Source of the DNA: Harriotta raleighana
Lineage: Eukaryota
Direction: 5' to 3'
DNA length: 64,000 bases
NCBI GenBank assembly: GCA_050575255.1
Contig: JBNZDD010013730.1
Span: 5,172,345-5,236,344 of the forward strand
The position numbers and the translations under genes were made by a program. A model generated the notes under the pieces. The model saw only the letters and a program-made list of their open reading frames with translations. It made no database searches and was not told where the DNA came from. Within the stretch, counting starts at the first letter, position 1. The number at the start of each line of letters is the position of its first letter. This document shows positions 1 to 11,659 of this stretch, piece after piece.

Positions 1-446
1 AAAAAAAAGTTTTGACATGTGTCATGTTTTGAAATTTCAGTCCAGTACAGTACTAGTGATCGCTGGATTAATGATGAAGGTTAAGAATAATTCAGGGGCT
101 TGCTCTGTCAACACCCGAGTGCCTGAGTAACTTCAACGATAGGAGAATGGCAAGGAATAAGACTACTTGTCACCCTTTACTGAAGACCTAGCTGACTTAT
201 TATCAGGCTTATTATCTTATTGGTTTATTGATGGGAGGCACATCGACTCAGCCACGATCCAGCTTGACATTGCCTTACATTATATCCGAAGGAGTAGGCG
301 GCAGAAGAATGACAACAGTAGTATTTTTGTGTATTTTAGAAAGAAAAGCCCATTGATACTGACCGGTTGTGCTCGCTGCCATTTCTGGTCAGGGCATTGC
401 TGACTAATTCGTTTTCACGTTTATGATAATATGTTTCTAACGACAG

Positions 447-605
447 GATTTAGTTGTGAAGACACTGATCGTGGCAGAGCCTCACGTACTTCATGCTTAC
501 CGTATGTGCAGACCTGGCCAGCCTACAGGCAGCAGCAGCGTCTGCTTTGAAGTGCTCGGGTTTGACATTCTTCTAGACAGGAAACTGAAACCCTGGCTTC
601 TGGAG
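447..605 (+). CDS. TTLL7: TTLL7 coding exon A (first in window), TTL catalytic domain: DLVVKTLIVAEPHVLHAYRMCRPGQPTGSSSVCFEVLGFDILLDRKLKPWLLE
   Basis: Acceptor cag at 444-446 and donor gtgagt at 606; 159 nt, phase 0/0. The FEVLGFDILLD..LKPWLLE(IN) motif is the TTL/TTLL ATP-grasp signature, and the sequence matches recalled vertebrate TTLL7. Confidence 0.96.
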
Positions 606-633
606 GTGAGTGTATTTTCGCATGTTGTAGCTA

Positions 634-653
634 ATATATATATATATATATAT
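634..653. repeat. (AT)n microsatellite
   Basis: Seen directly. Confidence 0.9.
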
Positions 654-720
654 AAAAACACATGAAAGAAAATAAAATATGTATTCATCAGAATATATTC
701 AACCTAAATTTCCCAGTGAA

Positions 721-1033
721 AGTCCTGTAGCTCGGTGGTTGGAGCACTTGCCTCACAAGCGTGAGACATGTGTTCGAATCCAGGCAGGTCAGGGCGAAAC
801 TTTGGGCAAGTTTCCTTACTCCACATGCCTAATAATAATCCCTCAAACAAAAAATAGGTCATTTCAATCCACGACTATTTGTGGGACACTGTTGAACGCA
901 ATCGCCCAAAGGAATGGCCAGAAGAATGTCATACACCAAATATACAGTCAATTCAATTTACAGTATATTCTGTGAAGCGCTTTGAGATGTCTAGAAAATG
1001 TGAAAAGCGCTATATCAAATGCAAGATTATTAT
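721..1033 (+). mobile_element. tRNA-derived SINE, family 1 (short form)
   Basis: tRNA-like head with A box (TAGCTCGGTGG) and B box (GTTCGAATCC), core 'gggcaagtttccttactccac', 3' tail 'gaagcgctttgaga...aaaagcgctatatcaaatgcaag(att)n'. Ten or more copies in the window. Confidence 0.88.
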
Positions 1034-1735
1034 TTCTTGTAAGTCTCTGAAGGCCAATCAGCTCCCAACCTCCTGTTATTCGCCCAGGAATCCTTTTATT
1101 GGGCTGAATGTTTAGTCAGACAATCAACACAGCACTTTGAGAGTGAAGCCGATGTGCTGCGTTTTGTCCCGGTTTATGCATTTTTGACATGATTCAGCCC
1201 TCTGCTTATTATTGTCTCTTTCGATTATTTCAAGCTGTCTTTTGTGAAGGTCCCAAATCTGGTGTGAAATGAAATCGAGAGCAAAGAGGCAACATTTCCC
1301 ACCCTCCCCATCCCAACCGTGTTGGGGGCCCTTGAAATCCTACATAACATTTTGTGACAAATTTTTAGGGGAGATTGCAAGCCTCGGCTTTTTTTTTAAT
1401 GTCTCTAGGAATCCAAGTTTTCTCTGCTGTATGTTGGTATGCCCACTGTTAAGTGTTCACAATGAACCTGACTCACTCTCCTCCTTGTGACTGTGATTGA
1501 TGTAATGCTGCCCCCTTATGGTACTGGTATCATTTACATCCATTGATTTAAAAAAATCCCTTTAATTTACCCTCCTGCTGAGAATAGGTCTACATTTTCA
1601 CAAAACCCCTGTACAAATTGCTGTTGACTGAGATATTAGATGTTGAAATGGCCACCTAGCCCTTAGGAAAACTGATCTTTCTTCAAGAACATTAAAGTGT
1701 TCGGAAATACAATTTTTTTTTCTCTCCACACACAG

Positions 1736-1830
1736 ATTAACCGTGCTCCTAGCTTTGGAACTGATCAAAAGATAGACTTTGATGTGAAGAAAGGTGTCTT
1801 GATCCATACAATGAAGCTGCTTAACATTCG
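1736..1830 (+). CDS. TTLL7: TTLL7 exon B: INRAPSFGTDQKIDFDVKKGVLIHTMKLLNI(R)
   Basis: Polypyrimidine tract plus cag|ATT; donor gtaagt at 1831; 95 nt, phase 0/2. Completes the LLE|INRAPS motif. Confidence 0.95.
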
Positions 1831-1874
1831 GTAAGTTAACATTCAGTAAGTTTTGCAGCTCAGCTCTCCATGAC

Positions 1875-2200
1875 ACTAGCTTAGTAGTTAGAGCACTCGC
1901 CTCGCAAGCGAGAGGGCCTGGATTTGTTTCTTGGGCAGGGCGAAACCTTGAGTAAGTTTCCTCACTCCACACGCTTCTGTCCATCTAGCATAAGTAGAAA
2001 CCCGGTTGTTATTTGATTCGCAGGATCGCTTTTCCGGGGGTAAACAAATCCCTTCAAAAAAAACAAATAAATAGAATTTCAAAAATAATTTGGACACTCA
2101 ATTGCTGTCTGCTGCGATTCGCCCACAAAATACGCAGTCAATTCACTTTCCAGTCTATTCTGCAAGAGATAGAACTAGTGCAAATGAGAACTATAAATAA
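1875..2200 (+). mobile_element. SINE family 1 (long form, diverged)
   Basis: Same head and core, plus an extra 'cttctgtccatctagcataagtagaaacc' segment. Confidence 0.75.
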
Positions 2201-2628
2201 TAGTCTGTGGTTAAGCAGTAACTTAAATATAAGTGGTGTTGATTAATGTTGTGGCCATTGTTTGCCCGAGGATTATGTTTGAAACAATTGTCAGAACATT
2301 GATACTGCAATCTCCAGATTTAAATTTGTTTGTTGGCTGCGTTTTGAGAGTTTTACCCAGTGGCAATGTTGCGGTCAATAAACATATTTGTTGGCATTTA
2401 GGCCACGTCGACTTAATCAACAGAGAAGTGATATTCTTCAGCTGAAAGAATGGAGAGTCTCTCTGCTGAAGAACAGCACTACTTTGAATGGTATCAAATG
2501 CAAAGATTATTATTCATAGAGTAGAGCCGAGAATTGATGACGCGAGCGCAGAGAGATGTTGCAGAGCAGATTCTGTGTTATGATCTATATTTTCGGTGTT
2601 CCTCAGTCAGCTTTGGCTTCCGTTTCAG

Positions 2629-2776
2629 AGCAAGTGATAAAAGTAGGAACATTGCCCAGCAGAAAGCTGAGGCTCAAAAGAGACTTTACGGGCAAGGCTG
2701 TATGAAGCGGCTGTTGGCAGGTTCCTCTGAGTGGGAGAAACAGCGCTATTCACTAGAGATGAGAAGAGAGGAGCTG
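2629..2776 (+). CDS. TTLL7: TTLL7 exon C: ASDKSRNIAQQKAEAQKRLYGQGCMKRLLAGSSEWEKQRYSLEMRREEL (cationic microtubule-binding region)
   Basis: tttcag|A acceptor and gtgaga donor; 148 nt, phase 2/0. Contained in ORF 2534..2812. Confidence 0.95.
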
Positions 2777-2887
2777 GTGAGAATTCAATTACTTTTTCCT
2801 CTTAAGATTTAAACACAAATTACATTTGTATAGCGCCTTTCACATCAGCAAGACGTCCCCATTTAAGATTACAATACAGTACATAGT

Positions 2888-3000
2888 TTCGCCCACAAAC
2901 TACAAGTCAATTCTTTACTTTCCTGTATATTCTCTGAAGTGCTTTGTTTGAGACGTCTTGAAGTTGTGATAAGGCACTATATCAAATGCAAGGATTATTA
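2888..3000 (+). mobile_element. SINE family 1, 3' fragment
   Basis: 'gtcaattc..tatattctctgaagtgctttg...cactatatcaaatgcaaggattatta'. Confidence 0.7.
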
Positions 3001-3046
3001 CAGTAACGGAATGCTTACAAATCACTCTTTCTCCCTTTGTTTGCAG

Positions 3047-3120
3047 AAGGAGAGGCTTTCTCAGGTTCGCAAGCAGATTTCAAGGGAAGAGCATGAAAAT
3101 AGACATTTGGGGAACTACAG
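3047..3120 (+). CDS. TTLL7: TTLL7 exon D: KERLSQVRKQISREEHENRHLGNY(R)
   Basis: ttgcag|AAG acceptor and gtaaca donor; 74 nt, phase 0/2. Confidence 0.95.
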
Positions 3121-3403
3121 GTAACACATTTTCTGACAAATTGTGATTGAATCAAGATCTGTACATTCCTTAAATACAATAACACATTAAAAGGTGTTTG
3201 TTAAATGGAAGCACCAATTTACAGTGTTGCAAAGATACTTTTGATGACAAATATTGGATATTTTTTGAAAATAAATATTGCAGCATCCCATCCAAAACAA
3301 CTTTTTGTGCCTTTTACACTGTTAAAACAATAAACGTAATGTACTCTATAAATAACTTTATGAGCGCAGTAGCCTATTTCACCATTATGTAACCTCTACA
3401 TAC

Positions 3404-3444
3404 CACCTACCTAGGATAGATGGTGTATCTATCCTAGGTAGGTG
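3404..3444. repeat. Perfect 18-bp inverted repeat with a 5-nt loop
   Basis: CACCTACCTAGGATAGAT ggtgt ATCTATCCTAGGTAGGTG. Confidence 0.95.
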
Positions 3445-3450
3445 AGTTTA

Positions 3451-3746
3451 GAGTCCTATAGCTTGGTGGTTAGAGCACTCGCCTCGGCAGCGAGAGACCT
3501 GGGTTCGATTCTAGCCAGGGTGAAACCTGGGGCAAGTTTCCTTATTCCACGTGACTGATAATAGTCCCTCAAGAAAAAAAAACAGAATTTGGTCGCTGAA
3601 TCAACTGTTTGTGGGACGCTGATGTGCGCAATTGGCTGCCGTATTTTGCTGACGAATAGTCAATTCAATTTACAGTATATTCTGTGAAGCACTTTGAGAC
3701 ATCTGGAAGCTGTGAAATGCGCCATGTCAAGTGCAAGGATTATTAT
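3451..3746 (+). mobile_element. SINE family 1, full copy
   Basis: A and B boxes (GGTTCGATTC), core and 3' tail. Confidence 0.88.
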
Positions 3747-3873
3747 TCGTATTTCTGACCCTTTTTGCAGCAGGCATCTGAGAATTTGAGCATATAAAAG
3801 CTTCAGTATCTGCTCATTTAGTAGATGACAATATTGACCTTAATAACAGACCGGACATTTTCTGTCAAACTAG

Positions 3874-4009
3874 ACGGATTTATCCACCTGACGACAAGCA
3901 GTTGCTGGAGAAGTATGAGAAACTGCTGGCTACTGCCTTTCAGACGTTCCTGGCTGGACGAGCAGCATCACTGCAAAGGGAGCTGAACAATCCTCTGAAG
4001 CAATTGAAG
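3874..4009 (+). CDS. TTLL7: TTLL7 exon E: RIYPPDDKQLLEKYEKLLATAFQTFLAGRAASLQRELNNPLKQLK
   Basis: tag|A acceptor and gtaatg donor; 136 nt, phase 2/0. The GNYRRIYP junction motif is typical of TTLL glutamylases. Confidence 0.95.
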
Positions 4010-6554
4010 GTAATGGCCAGGAAAATGGCCGAGCCTAACATGTTAAATAGCAAGATTACGCAACTGGGCAGAGTTCGACGCCATCGCTTTTAAAGCACAG
4101 ATTTCATTAAATGGCGTTTTCAAAATGTTCTTTAAACTTTTTTGCCCCCACCCCCAATCTTCCCTTCCTCCATTCAGCACATTTTTCTCCTTATGGATGC
4201 ATTCAAGTTGTCGTTATTGTTGTTGTTGTAGAAGCTGAGGAGGAGGACAGGATGTCGGTAGAAATTTTCGGAGCAGAATAGCTGTAAGGGGTGGATTGGT
4301 TGACAGTGGATACTGATCGAAGTTGTGGGCGGGCTCTCCTGTTCTATCCTCTGCCTGCAGGTGGTGCTCTCTGCTATTGTCATGTTGTCCACCTGGTAGT
4401 CTGGCTGAGAACTGACGAGCTGGATGCTGTGATTGATATAAGGAGCTTGAAGTGGGGGAAAGGAGGAACACACCAGCACTCCACCCCAGAGCTCCTCACT
4501 AATGGAGCAATGCGAAAAGACATCTCCCAAGGGACCCACGGTTTTAATTCCTGTTCCTTTTTGTCGTTTGATTTAAAAAGCAAGGAAAGCAACGTTCAGC
4601 ACTAATCATTTCTCTTTCTGCATATCCTGGCTTGTTGATCAAGATATAGACAATATCAACAACAGAAACAACTAAATAAGTCAAAGGGGAATCTTATTAT
4701 CCTTGCACATTGATTGAAAATGATATCGTCTTCCCTCTGAGTAGTGAAAGCTCTTTCCACGTTTAAAAGTACTCTACAATGTACGAGCTAGAAACTAGAT
4801 TTTTCCCCAAACTTTTTATGTTTTTAAGTTGAGAAATGACCAGTTGGCCTGTGGACAAATGTTTCTAGTTAAAGCCAAGCCTTTACAAAATGGACCAGTT
4901 TGTAAGAATTTGGAAAATTTTGCCTGCCATTTTATGTCCCTGGATGTCTGGTATTATTACCTGGAGACAAGAGAGAAGCAAGTGTTTTTTTTTACATTGT
5001 TATATGGACGCTGTGTGTCTGAGCCATTCCTACCTTTGGAAGCCTTAAGAATTATGCATTGTAGAATTATGGATATTGTGTGTGTGAGGGGGACATGGAC
5101 AAGGGGGGTATAGGAAAGGAAGGTATCAACTTTCCATGTATTCTTGGGAGTGGGACTGACTTTGTGTTTGAGCCAGCAGATTCTTAAATATTTTTTCTTT
5201 TGGAGTAGAGGAGCTGATGTCCCTTGACATGCCCAACGTTGTGCTGGTTTACTGGCTACTTTTTTCGGCCAGGGAGAGAACTGGGCCTGTGACTTTGGAG
5301 ACTTGCAATGACCTGCTCCTTTGTCAAGTCCTTTTTCCCTCGGATTGAATTTCACCTCTGCAATAGTGCAACCGCTGAGACCTAACAAACATTACTAAGC
5401 CCAGGCAAGCGAGTCGGAATGATTGGCAGCTCTGGGATGCTGAACTGGGGACTTTCTGCTTAGAAGGGTAATCAATCAATCAAAATGTTGCCTGCCTCTT
5501 TTTCAGATAAAAAGGCTGCTTCGAATAGCTTTGGTATAATTTAGAATGTTGAATTTTATTAGAGATTCATTCAAAAATGAAGTGAAAGAAACATACGGAA
5601 AACATGAAGAGTGCCATGTGCTGTATATGTTTCATCAATCTGAACTTGACATGTCTTTTCAGCTGGAGGAGTGTGTTAAACTGCAACATTTCATGAACCA
5701 CCTAGCAATCGAGTGTATTTAAAAGGGTGCACTTTTCGTGTCTGGGAAATGTTGCGTTCAATCAATCAATCAATCAAAATTACATTTATATAGCGTCTTT
5801 CACGTCGGGAGGACGTCCCAAGGCCTTGTACAGTCAAGTAGGGATCAGAAAGGGGAGGTGGGGGTGGTGTAGTGGGAGGGGGAAGGAAAGCAGGAAAAAA
5901 TTGACTGTATATTTGTGGGCGATGCTTTGTTTGTTAACACAAAGAACGCAAAGATGTAAATCGGGACAAACTGTATTCTTGCGTTATTTGCACATGACAG
6001 GAATGCAAAAACATGACATGTAGGTTTTCCTTTTCCTACTTCATCAGTAAGCAAACGGTGTCAGAATTCTCTCTCATGGAATCCTTGTCACTCTGACATC
6101 AAACAGAGTGAGGAGTTTGTGCTAAAACTGATTGATGTCCATCAGCGCTCACATAGCTCAAAATCCATGGCCTGCTGAAATATCCCACTCATACAATGTT
6201 CTTGGACAAAGTTTGTTCACTTATTCAAATGGTCTGAAAGCACTTTTGAGACGAAGGTGACAGGGGTGGATTTGTTACTAAAATACAACCTACTTAAGAT
6301 GTCAAATAAGACTGACTTCTTACAATGTGATTATTGCAGTTGGTTCATTATTTTGTTGATTCAGTAAGCTCACTCGTCTCCTGGATATCTTGTATTTCAC
6401 TGGGAGCGTTCAATTACAGTCCAACCCACTTATCTCAAATTTGTTTAAATAAAACATCGCGCCTTTGTTTGCAAAAATGTGAAGTGTTATTCCTTCCTGA
6501 CATAGAGAGGTTTTTGAGGTCTTGGCTTGTCGATACAAACTATTTTTTTTAAAG

Positions 6555-6641
6555 GAAGAAGATATTCTAGATCTGCTGGAGCAGTGTGAGATGGACGATG
6601 AAAAGCTTCTGGGAAAATCTCCTCGACAGAGAGGGCCGAAG
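6555..6641 (+). CDS. TTLL7: TTLL7 exon F: EEDILDLLEQCEMDDEKLLGKSPRQRGPK
   Basis: T-tract plus aaag|GAA acceptor; gtaaat donor; 87 nt, phase 0/0. Matches recalled TTLL7 EEDILDLLEQCEIDDEKL. Confidence 0.94.
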
Positions 6642-6963
6642 GTAAATTAGTCATCCTGAAACAACATCTTTGGGCTATCAGTATCTTTTTAATGGGGGGC
6701 AAACCTTAGTAAAGGTCATTCAATGGCAGCCTGGCTCATTTGGTGGTATGTATCAAATGGTTTCCCATGTGGAAAAGATGAGTTGGTTTTTCTGTTGTCC
6801 TGGCATTCATTGCCACGTTCCCCCACAAAAATACGGTCATACTATTGCACAGTAAAAGTGCCATGAAGTGGTTTGAGATAATCCTCCTGATGTACAAGGC
6901 ATTTTACTCTTAATTTTGCACTAGTTAGATACGACAAGTTTTTTTCCTTTCTGCATCTTGCAG

Positions 6964-7144
6964 CCGTTGTTCTCGATGCCAGAGAGCACCCAGCCCTCTA
7001 CAAGGAAGCAGAAGGGCGACGAAAGCAGCAGCAGAAGCAGTAGTTGTAACAGCAGCTGTTATTCAGAGTCTGACGAAGAGGAGAAAAGAGAGAAAAAAGT
7101 GACTTATGGCGCAGAGGAAAAGTTTAAATCATCAGAACGATCCA
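6964..7144 (+). CDS. TTLL7: TTLL7 exon G: PLFSMPESTQPSTRKQKGDESSSRSSSCNSSCYSESDEEEKREKKVTYGAEEKFKSSERS (Ser/acidic linker)
   Basis: ttgcag|CCG acceptor and gtaagt donor at 7145; 181 nt, phase 0/1. Confidence 0.92.
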
Positions 7145-8859
7145 GTAAGTCTGATTGTAGAGTGCAAGTCTGGGTAGATGTACATATATAGTATATATTT
7201 GTGTATACTCCATTCTACTAATTTAGCTTGCTACCTTCTACTTCAATTTGGTTTTGATTTCTAAGACCTAGCAATGATACCAGCCCGATGGGGAAATTTG
7301 CTTCAGTACTGCATGGTGACTGCATTACGATTAGTCTCGCTAAGCAGGTCCTCTTGTAACTTGGGCATTCTGTGGACTAGTGCAGTGCTCTTCTGGCTTC
7401 TGGTGTGGTCTGACCAGCTTCCTACACAGGCCACCAGTGTGCAGGGAGCATTGCCAGTCAACCCTGTCTGCTCTCAAGAGCATCTCCGGTGGTAGAGAAA
7501 TTCCAAGGTGACAGCAACCGCAGCAACCTGATAACCTGGAAGTGGGACTTTTTGCTCATTCATTGTAACGCAGCGTTTCATTTTGCAAACTCAAAACAAG
7601 AGCTTTTCCTGTATAGGATATGCCCAGTAAAACTGGCAACGACAGTACGTCAGCAATAGGAATTTCTAGGTACTTGTTACAGTTGACACAAGTTTCTAAT
7701 TTCGTTTTTTATTTTCTTGCATTCACTGGCAACTGCATCACAACCTCACTTTATTTTGAGTCTTTAGCAAAAAAGAGGAGATTTTCATTCCATTAGTCCA
7801 GGTGGATTTGAATCAGACTGCAGAAATGAAAAAGGCTATCATAATGTACTGTTTCTATGTCATTACATCTGCCTGATGCTTTAGTTAACATTACAATATA
7901 CACAAGGGATAGTATCAGTTCCAAGATTCTTGGTATCCTTTGCAATATCCATTTAGTGACGAGAAATTCCTCTGTCTGCCACTTGAGTACTCATTGATCA
8001 TCTGCCTAATATGTAGATAATTTATGAACTCCATTGGAGGAGGAAATAAATGCCCTTCAGAATCTCAATTGTATGATATTTCTGTCCACATTTAGGTACC
8101 CAATTTTGCTGACATTTATAGATTTAAAAGAGTACCAATTTTGGTATTTTATTGTTTATTTTCAGTTTGGGTTATCCCAGAAGAACTTCCTGTGAGCAAA
8201 CCAGTTCAGAACAATAAAACGCTTGAATCTAGGATAAACATTTGGAAAATGGAACGATTGCAAGGTGCTCTATGCAAAAGATTGATTTTTCAAACAAAAA
8301 TAATGTATTTAGAGAAAATTCCAAAGTCTCGTCTTTCTCCTCCTCCTCCAATCTCAGCCACAGCTGACTAGCCTCAATAGATATTCCCTGTAATACAGCA
8401 TGCATAAGATGTAAATTTGTGGATCTAGTGCACTATCAACAGGCCTATAGCTTACTGAAACTCATCCTGACCAAGGACATTTCAGGAGCTCTGATGGAAT
8501 AACCTGATTGGAAAGTAGGAAGAACCACTACATTTGCCTTGGCAGTCACCTACCTTTGTAATGAGAGGCTTTGGAGTACTGTACATAGACAATTTTTTCC
8601 AGAGTTAGGACCAAAACTGAACCACAACAATGTGCACAGATCTACTCACCTAAAGCTTTTTGACATTAAGCAGAATATGAATGAACACCTGAATCAACAA
8701 CAACATTACATTTGTATAGCGCCTTTCATGTCAGGAGGACATCCCAAGGCGCTGGGAGCTGGTGTAGACTTGATGAGTCAAATGGCCTCATTTTGTGCAA
8801 TAAATCTCTAGGATTCTAGAATTCACCCGTCACCACAAACTTACCTCCATATCTTAAAG

Positions 8860-9135
8860 AAACTTTCAGACAATCCCCAATCTTTCAATAATATCATCAC
8901 GCTATATGGTGTAATAGATTTTGGAGTTTGGGTGTAGAGTCTGGTTCTTGTTTAAGAAGCACAATATTATCTGCATACAGACTCAATCTGTGCACTTTGT
9001 CCCTTACAGGAATGTTGGAGTCCTCACTAAGGGAAAAAAACCGAAGTTTTAAAGCATTTACAATTGATAGTGATGAAGAAGGAGCCTTGCTCCAATTTAA
9101 ATTGGGACGACAGAAGGTCATGAGGAGCAATTGAA
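8860..9135 (-). mobile_element. L1/Tx1-type LINE reverse transcriptase fragment
   Basis: The minus ORF contains KVHRLSLYADNIVLL, resembling the L1-clade (K)ISLYADD motif. Confidence 0.55.
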
Positions 9136-9609
9136 GCCCTGGGAATCAAGCCTGCAGCTTGAGGCCACTTGATGAAGCCTCATGTTTCATTCTAAAAATC
9201 AAATTTACTTTCTTGAAAAGGTTGAACTTAGTTGCTAATTGTTTTAGAGTAGAAAACTTCAAGATTGTGCAAATAGTCTCTAAATAGGAGCGAGTTTTAA
9301 CCAATTTCAGGGGTGATTTTTATGCGTCAGGTAAATTTACAGAATGTGGCTGCGTTTTGTTATTGTGGCAATTTTCTTACAATAAACTCACACCTCAAAA
9401 GGTCCGTAGTCCACCAACCAGTGGTGTATAAGATGTTGATCCTTTGAGGTCTGTAACTGAACTGACCTTTGGATAATCACTTATTTTGCTTTAAAGTGGT
9501 TTGCTTTTATTTTGAGGATGGTTAGACTCCCCACTTTTAAGATATTTCTCCTTCCTTTCTCTTGTGTCTCCCCATAGCATGCACCTTTCCATATGACAGG
9601 GTGGACAGG

Positions 9610-9890
9610 AACTCCCCCAATGGCTCAGTGAGTATACCTAGTAAGTAGCTGAGCTATACAGACTGGGAAGGTCCCAAGTTCGATCCCCGGTTCAGAACAA
9701 TAGTAATCTCTGTGTGGTCTGGGTTAGGGAGATGAAAATCATCGGAGGATCAAGGTTTTGATTGAAACACGTGTGTGTAAAACGAATAAGGTTAGGATTG
9801 AACTCACCTCTTTTTCCAGTGATTGGGTAACCCATTGACACTCATGGTCAAAGCATGAATAATGGCTCTTGCATTGGCTCTTGCAAGCAT
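9610..9890 (+). mobile_element. Older tRNA-derived SINE, family 2
   Basis: 'tggctcagtg...gctgagctatacagactgggaaggtcccaagttcgatccccgg' head; related decayed copies at about 17800-18190 and 39680-39810. Confidence 0.6.
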
Positions 9891-9989
9891 TTCCCTTTCA
9901 GAAGGAAAAAAAAGGGAGACAACCCCCTTTTAGAGAGGAGAAAATTACTCAGGGAGAAAAACGAGACAAGGCAGATAGGGAATCTTGCT

Positions 9990-11200
9990 CTGATACCTGG
10001 CGGGGTTTTGCATATTAATAGAGCACGGGCAGGAGCCGAAAAGATTTAACAGGCACAGTTACACGAGTCACAGCATGACTCACATCTGAAATAGACAACA
10101 AAGCAACGACTCGTGGAGAGAGCATACCTAGTAACCTGTGAAACATCTTTGAGCAACTAAAGGATAATGTATGTGTTACCGTGAAAGAAAGCCATGGAGC
10201 AATGAAAGAATATATTAAATAATGTTGCGAAGCAGCATCATAAGCGTATGAATTGGTCCTTAATGGTAACTATGGTGAGTGTAAGTTGGGAAAAACAGCC
10301 TTGCAGCCTTCCTGAAAGGGATCCTGAGATGCAGTAACCACCTGTTTTACAAGAGGAATGCCAACTGTACTTCCAATACAGAGGTGACGTTTTGAGAATA
10401 TACATCGGAGATAACAAGGTGGACCTAGAAAGTATGCAAGAAATGGTGTGAAAATTGCAAGGGTAAGTTAATGTGAACTTTGCATACATTCTACAGAATA
10501 ATGTTCAAGGTTTCTGTGGATACATCTAATAATATGCGAAAATTGAGAATCTTTCAAAGTTTCAAAGGAATCTTTTTAAATGATCATGATACATGTGATT
10601 ACAAAGCTGTTCCATTTGGGAACTTGCAGGGAATCGCTCAAATACAATAATGCACAAGGGAAGAGAATGGGCGATGGAATTTTCTCCGCAAAAGATTTTG
10701 CCACCACGTGAGGAACGGATGATCCAAACATTTTGCACAGAGAGTCTACAATGGGCCTCAATGGGACTGTGTACCTCCCGAGTTTTCGAGCCGGGGGTAA
10801 GTAAGGACAAGTTTACATATTAAATTGCCAATGAGAGTGTAGTGGAGCAATTATGTGCCAAATATAGTGCAGGATTGTTAACTTGTGCACTGTCAGCAGT
10901 GACCGACACACAACATTGCAACACGTCAGAAGCTATATGAAAGATTTATGTGTTTCATTAGCAGAAGCAGCAGAGTCTGGCCTGGAGCCACAGGGGAAGT
11001 CACAGGAGCGGGGAAAGGCATCAGAGAGGCAGTACCAGGCACCTCTACAACCAGTGACACAATGAACAGCATCACATTTCAGCACAGACACAAGCACCAT
11101 GGGTAGCTGTGAGGAGGAGAGAAGCAAATGATGGGCCACAGAGTGACACAGAAGTAGTGGAGAATGTTGGGGGAGAGATGGAAGAGGACATTATATTGGT
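9990..11200 (+). mobile_element. Decayed Harbinger-like transposon, Myb/SANT accessory gene relic
   Basis: Broken frames give 'KVCKKW' | intron-like gap | 'ESLKYNNAQGKRMGDG...PREERM', resembling recalled 'CRKKW...KLAHN...TGGG...LTP.EER'. gtaagt donors at about 10463 and 10797. Confidence 0.4.
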
Positions 11201-11659
11201 CTTAAGATTTCACGACACCAGGCTGGTCTGAAGGTCATGCAAATTAGGTCATTATGGAGGACCTTTTAGGCTAAGCAGCTCATCGGATCTCCAGGCAGAA
11301 GTAGAAGGATGGATCAGGATGCTATGGGCCACAAGCTAGGAACGTCCATTCCCCTTTACAGAGCAATAAAGTTGCAGTGTAGGAGCGCACTTAAGTTACT
11401 GGTGTATCGACTAAGGATGGAAACAGTGTCAGAATCAATAAGATGAGAAATGGTCATACTGCACCCACTATTCAATCCATGGAGTTTGCCTTTGTAATGC
11501 TCTTGATTCTCAACTAAAGTGGGTGCTTCTCAAAATGGTTGAGGCTCAGACACTGACAGCTGGGATAGCATTACTACAGCAGTAATCTTCTAAGACACAG
11601 GTCAGCTATTGATTAATTTTGTGGGTAAAGGTTCCCGTGAGATCTGTGGTCCAGCAAAT

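Noticed and set aside
721-790. tRNA gene (also at 3451, 28115, 57564, 60918)
   Set aside because: A and B boxes are present, but there is no intact cloverleaf and each copy continues into the SINE body.
4174-5388. ORFs of 100-140 aa in intron E-F
   Set aside because: No recognisable homology, mostly non-ATG starts, and they overlap on both strands.
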